Source: an uncultured virus (IMG/VR IMGVR_UViG_3300008448_009815) (lineage: Duplodnaviria; Heunggongvirae; Uroviricota; Caudoviricetes). Taken from it: a stretch of DNA of 56,616 bases. Where the stretch lies: IMG/VR virus record IMGVR_UViG_3300008448_009815, positions 62,001 to 118,616 of that record. The stretch is one strand, 5' to 3'. The translations under genes and the position numbers were made by a program. Of the stretch, positions 56,039-56,616 are shown piece after piece. Below the pieces are notes generated by a model. The model had not been told where the DNA came from. It saw only the letters and a list, made by a program, of their open reading frames with translations, and made no database searches. The stretch's first letter is position 1. The number at the start of each line of letters is the position of its first letter.

Positions 56039-56616
56039 TAGAAACAGGAAAAATAATAACAGGAGATTGTATTGAGGTGATGAAAACATTACCTGAAGGG
56101 TCTGTGGATTTAATCGTCACATCACCACCCTACGGAGTCGGGATTGCGTATGATACCCACGATGATGATGTGGAGTTTGAGGAGTATTTGGTATTTGCCA
56201 AAAATTGGTTAACTGAAGCATATAATGTTTTGAAAGATGATGGACGAATCGCGTTGAATATTCCATATGAAATCAATAGACAAAAGAAAGGGGGAAGAAT
56301 TTTCTTTGTTTCTGAAATGTATCAATTAATGAAACAAATTGGGTTTGGTTTCTTCGGTATCGTGGATTTAGAAGAAGATTCACCTCATCGTAGTAAAACA
56401 ACTGCTTGGGGATCTTGGATGAGTCCGTCAAGTCCGTATATTTATAATCCAAAGGAGTGTGTAATACTTGCATACAAAAAACACCACATTAAAAAGGTTA
56501 AGGGAGAACCTCAGTGGAAAGGGACACCTACTGAAATTGAACAGGAGGATGGAACCATAAAAAAGAAAGTTGTATATGAAGAACAAGATAAGAAGGAGTT
56601 TATGGAACTTGTTTTT
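56035..56616 (+). CDS. DNA N4/N6 methyltransferase, beta class, 3'-truncated by the window
   Basis: MIETGKIITGDCIEVMKTLPEGSVDLIVTSPPY...LKDDGRIALN; open to the window end. Confidence 0.88.
   Translation, partial: MIETGKIITGDCIEVMKTLPEGSVDLIVTSPPYGVGIAYDTHDDDVEFEEYLVFAKNWLTEAYNVLKDDGRIALNIPYEINRQKKGGRIFFVSEMYQLMKQIGFGFFGIVDLEEDSPHRSKTTAWGSWMSPSSPYIYNPKECVILAYKKHHIKKVKGEPQWKGTPTEIEQEDGTIKKKVVYEEQDKKEFMELVF

Noticed and set aside
1..56616. Eukaryotic giant virus or bacterial chromosome origin (DnaJ, GSII, LRR, Cys-rich proteins)
   Set aside because: The sigma-70 factor, bacterial promoters and terminators, coupled operons, baseplate-like genes and phage-type SbcCD/primase indicate a large bacteriophage.
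1..56616. tRNA genes, integrase, transposase, DGR or retron reverse transcriptase, introns and inteins
   Set aside because: No cloverleaf, RT (YxDD), recombinase or splicing motifs were recognised, and intergenic spaces are short. A tRNAscan/Infernal run would be needed to exclude them formally.

Overview
AT-rich, densely coded segment of a large (jumbo/huge) tailed dsDNA phage genome in the standard genetic code. The host is very probably Bacteroidota: the window has TTTG-N19-TAnnTTTG promoters, a Bacteroidota-type RpoD homologue, an Hc1-like protein, type II glutamine synthetase, SprB-like repeats and no Shine-Dalgarno motifs. Bases 1-23.4 kb are a virion structural module: baseplate/tail-like proteins, SprB-like and Pro-Thr/Cys-rich proteins, and two paralogous Gly-rich repeat fibres. 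Bases 21.4-33.6 kb carry replication, recombination and regulation genes: RuvC, primase, a RecB-like nuclease, SbcD/SbcC, a nuclease-methyltransferase pair and a sigma factor. Bases 34.7-37.8 kb are a probable lysis cluster. The rest is accessory: DnaJ, Dam-like and N4/N6 methyltransferases, DUF932, Trx/Grx, GSII and an LRR protein. The most notable observations are (i) a MetK (SAM synthetase)-derived protein with the N and C domains but no central domain or catalytic motifs; (ii) three distinct promoter classes, including a strand-oriented TATTTAT(A) late motif; (iii) late-promoter genes sharing an N-terminal leader ending in [LIV]xE, which are candidate capsid-packaged proteins; (iv) a promoter/terminator-bounded structured RNA candidate at about 44.2-44.3 kb; and (v) helically phased 10-11 bp repeats inside CDSs. 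All family assignments come from recognising motifs by eye, not from database searches.
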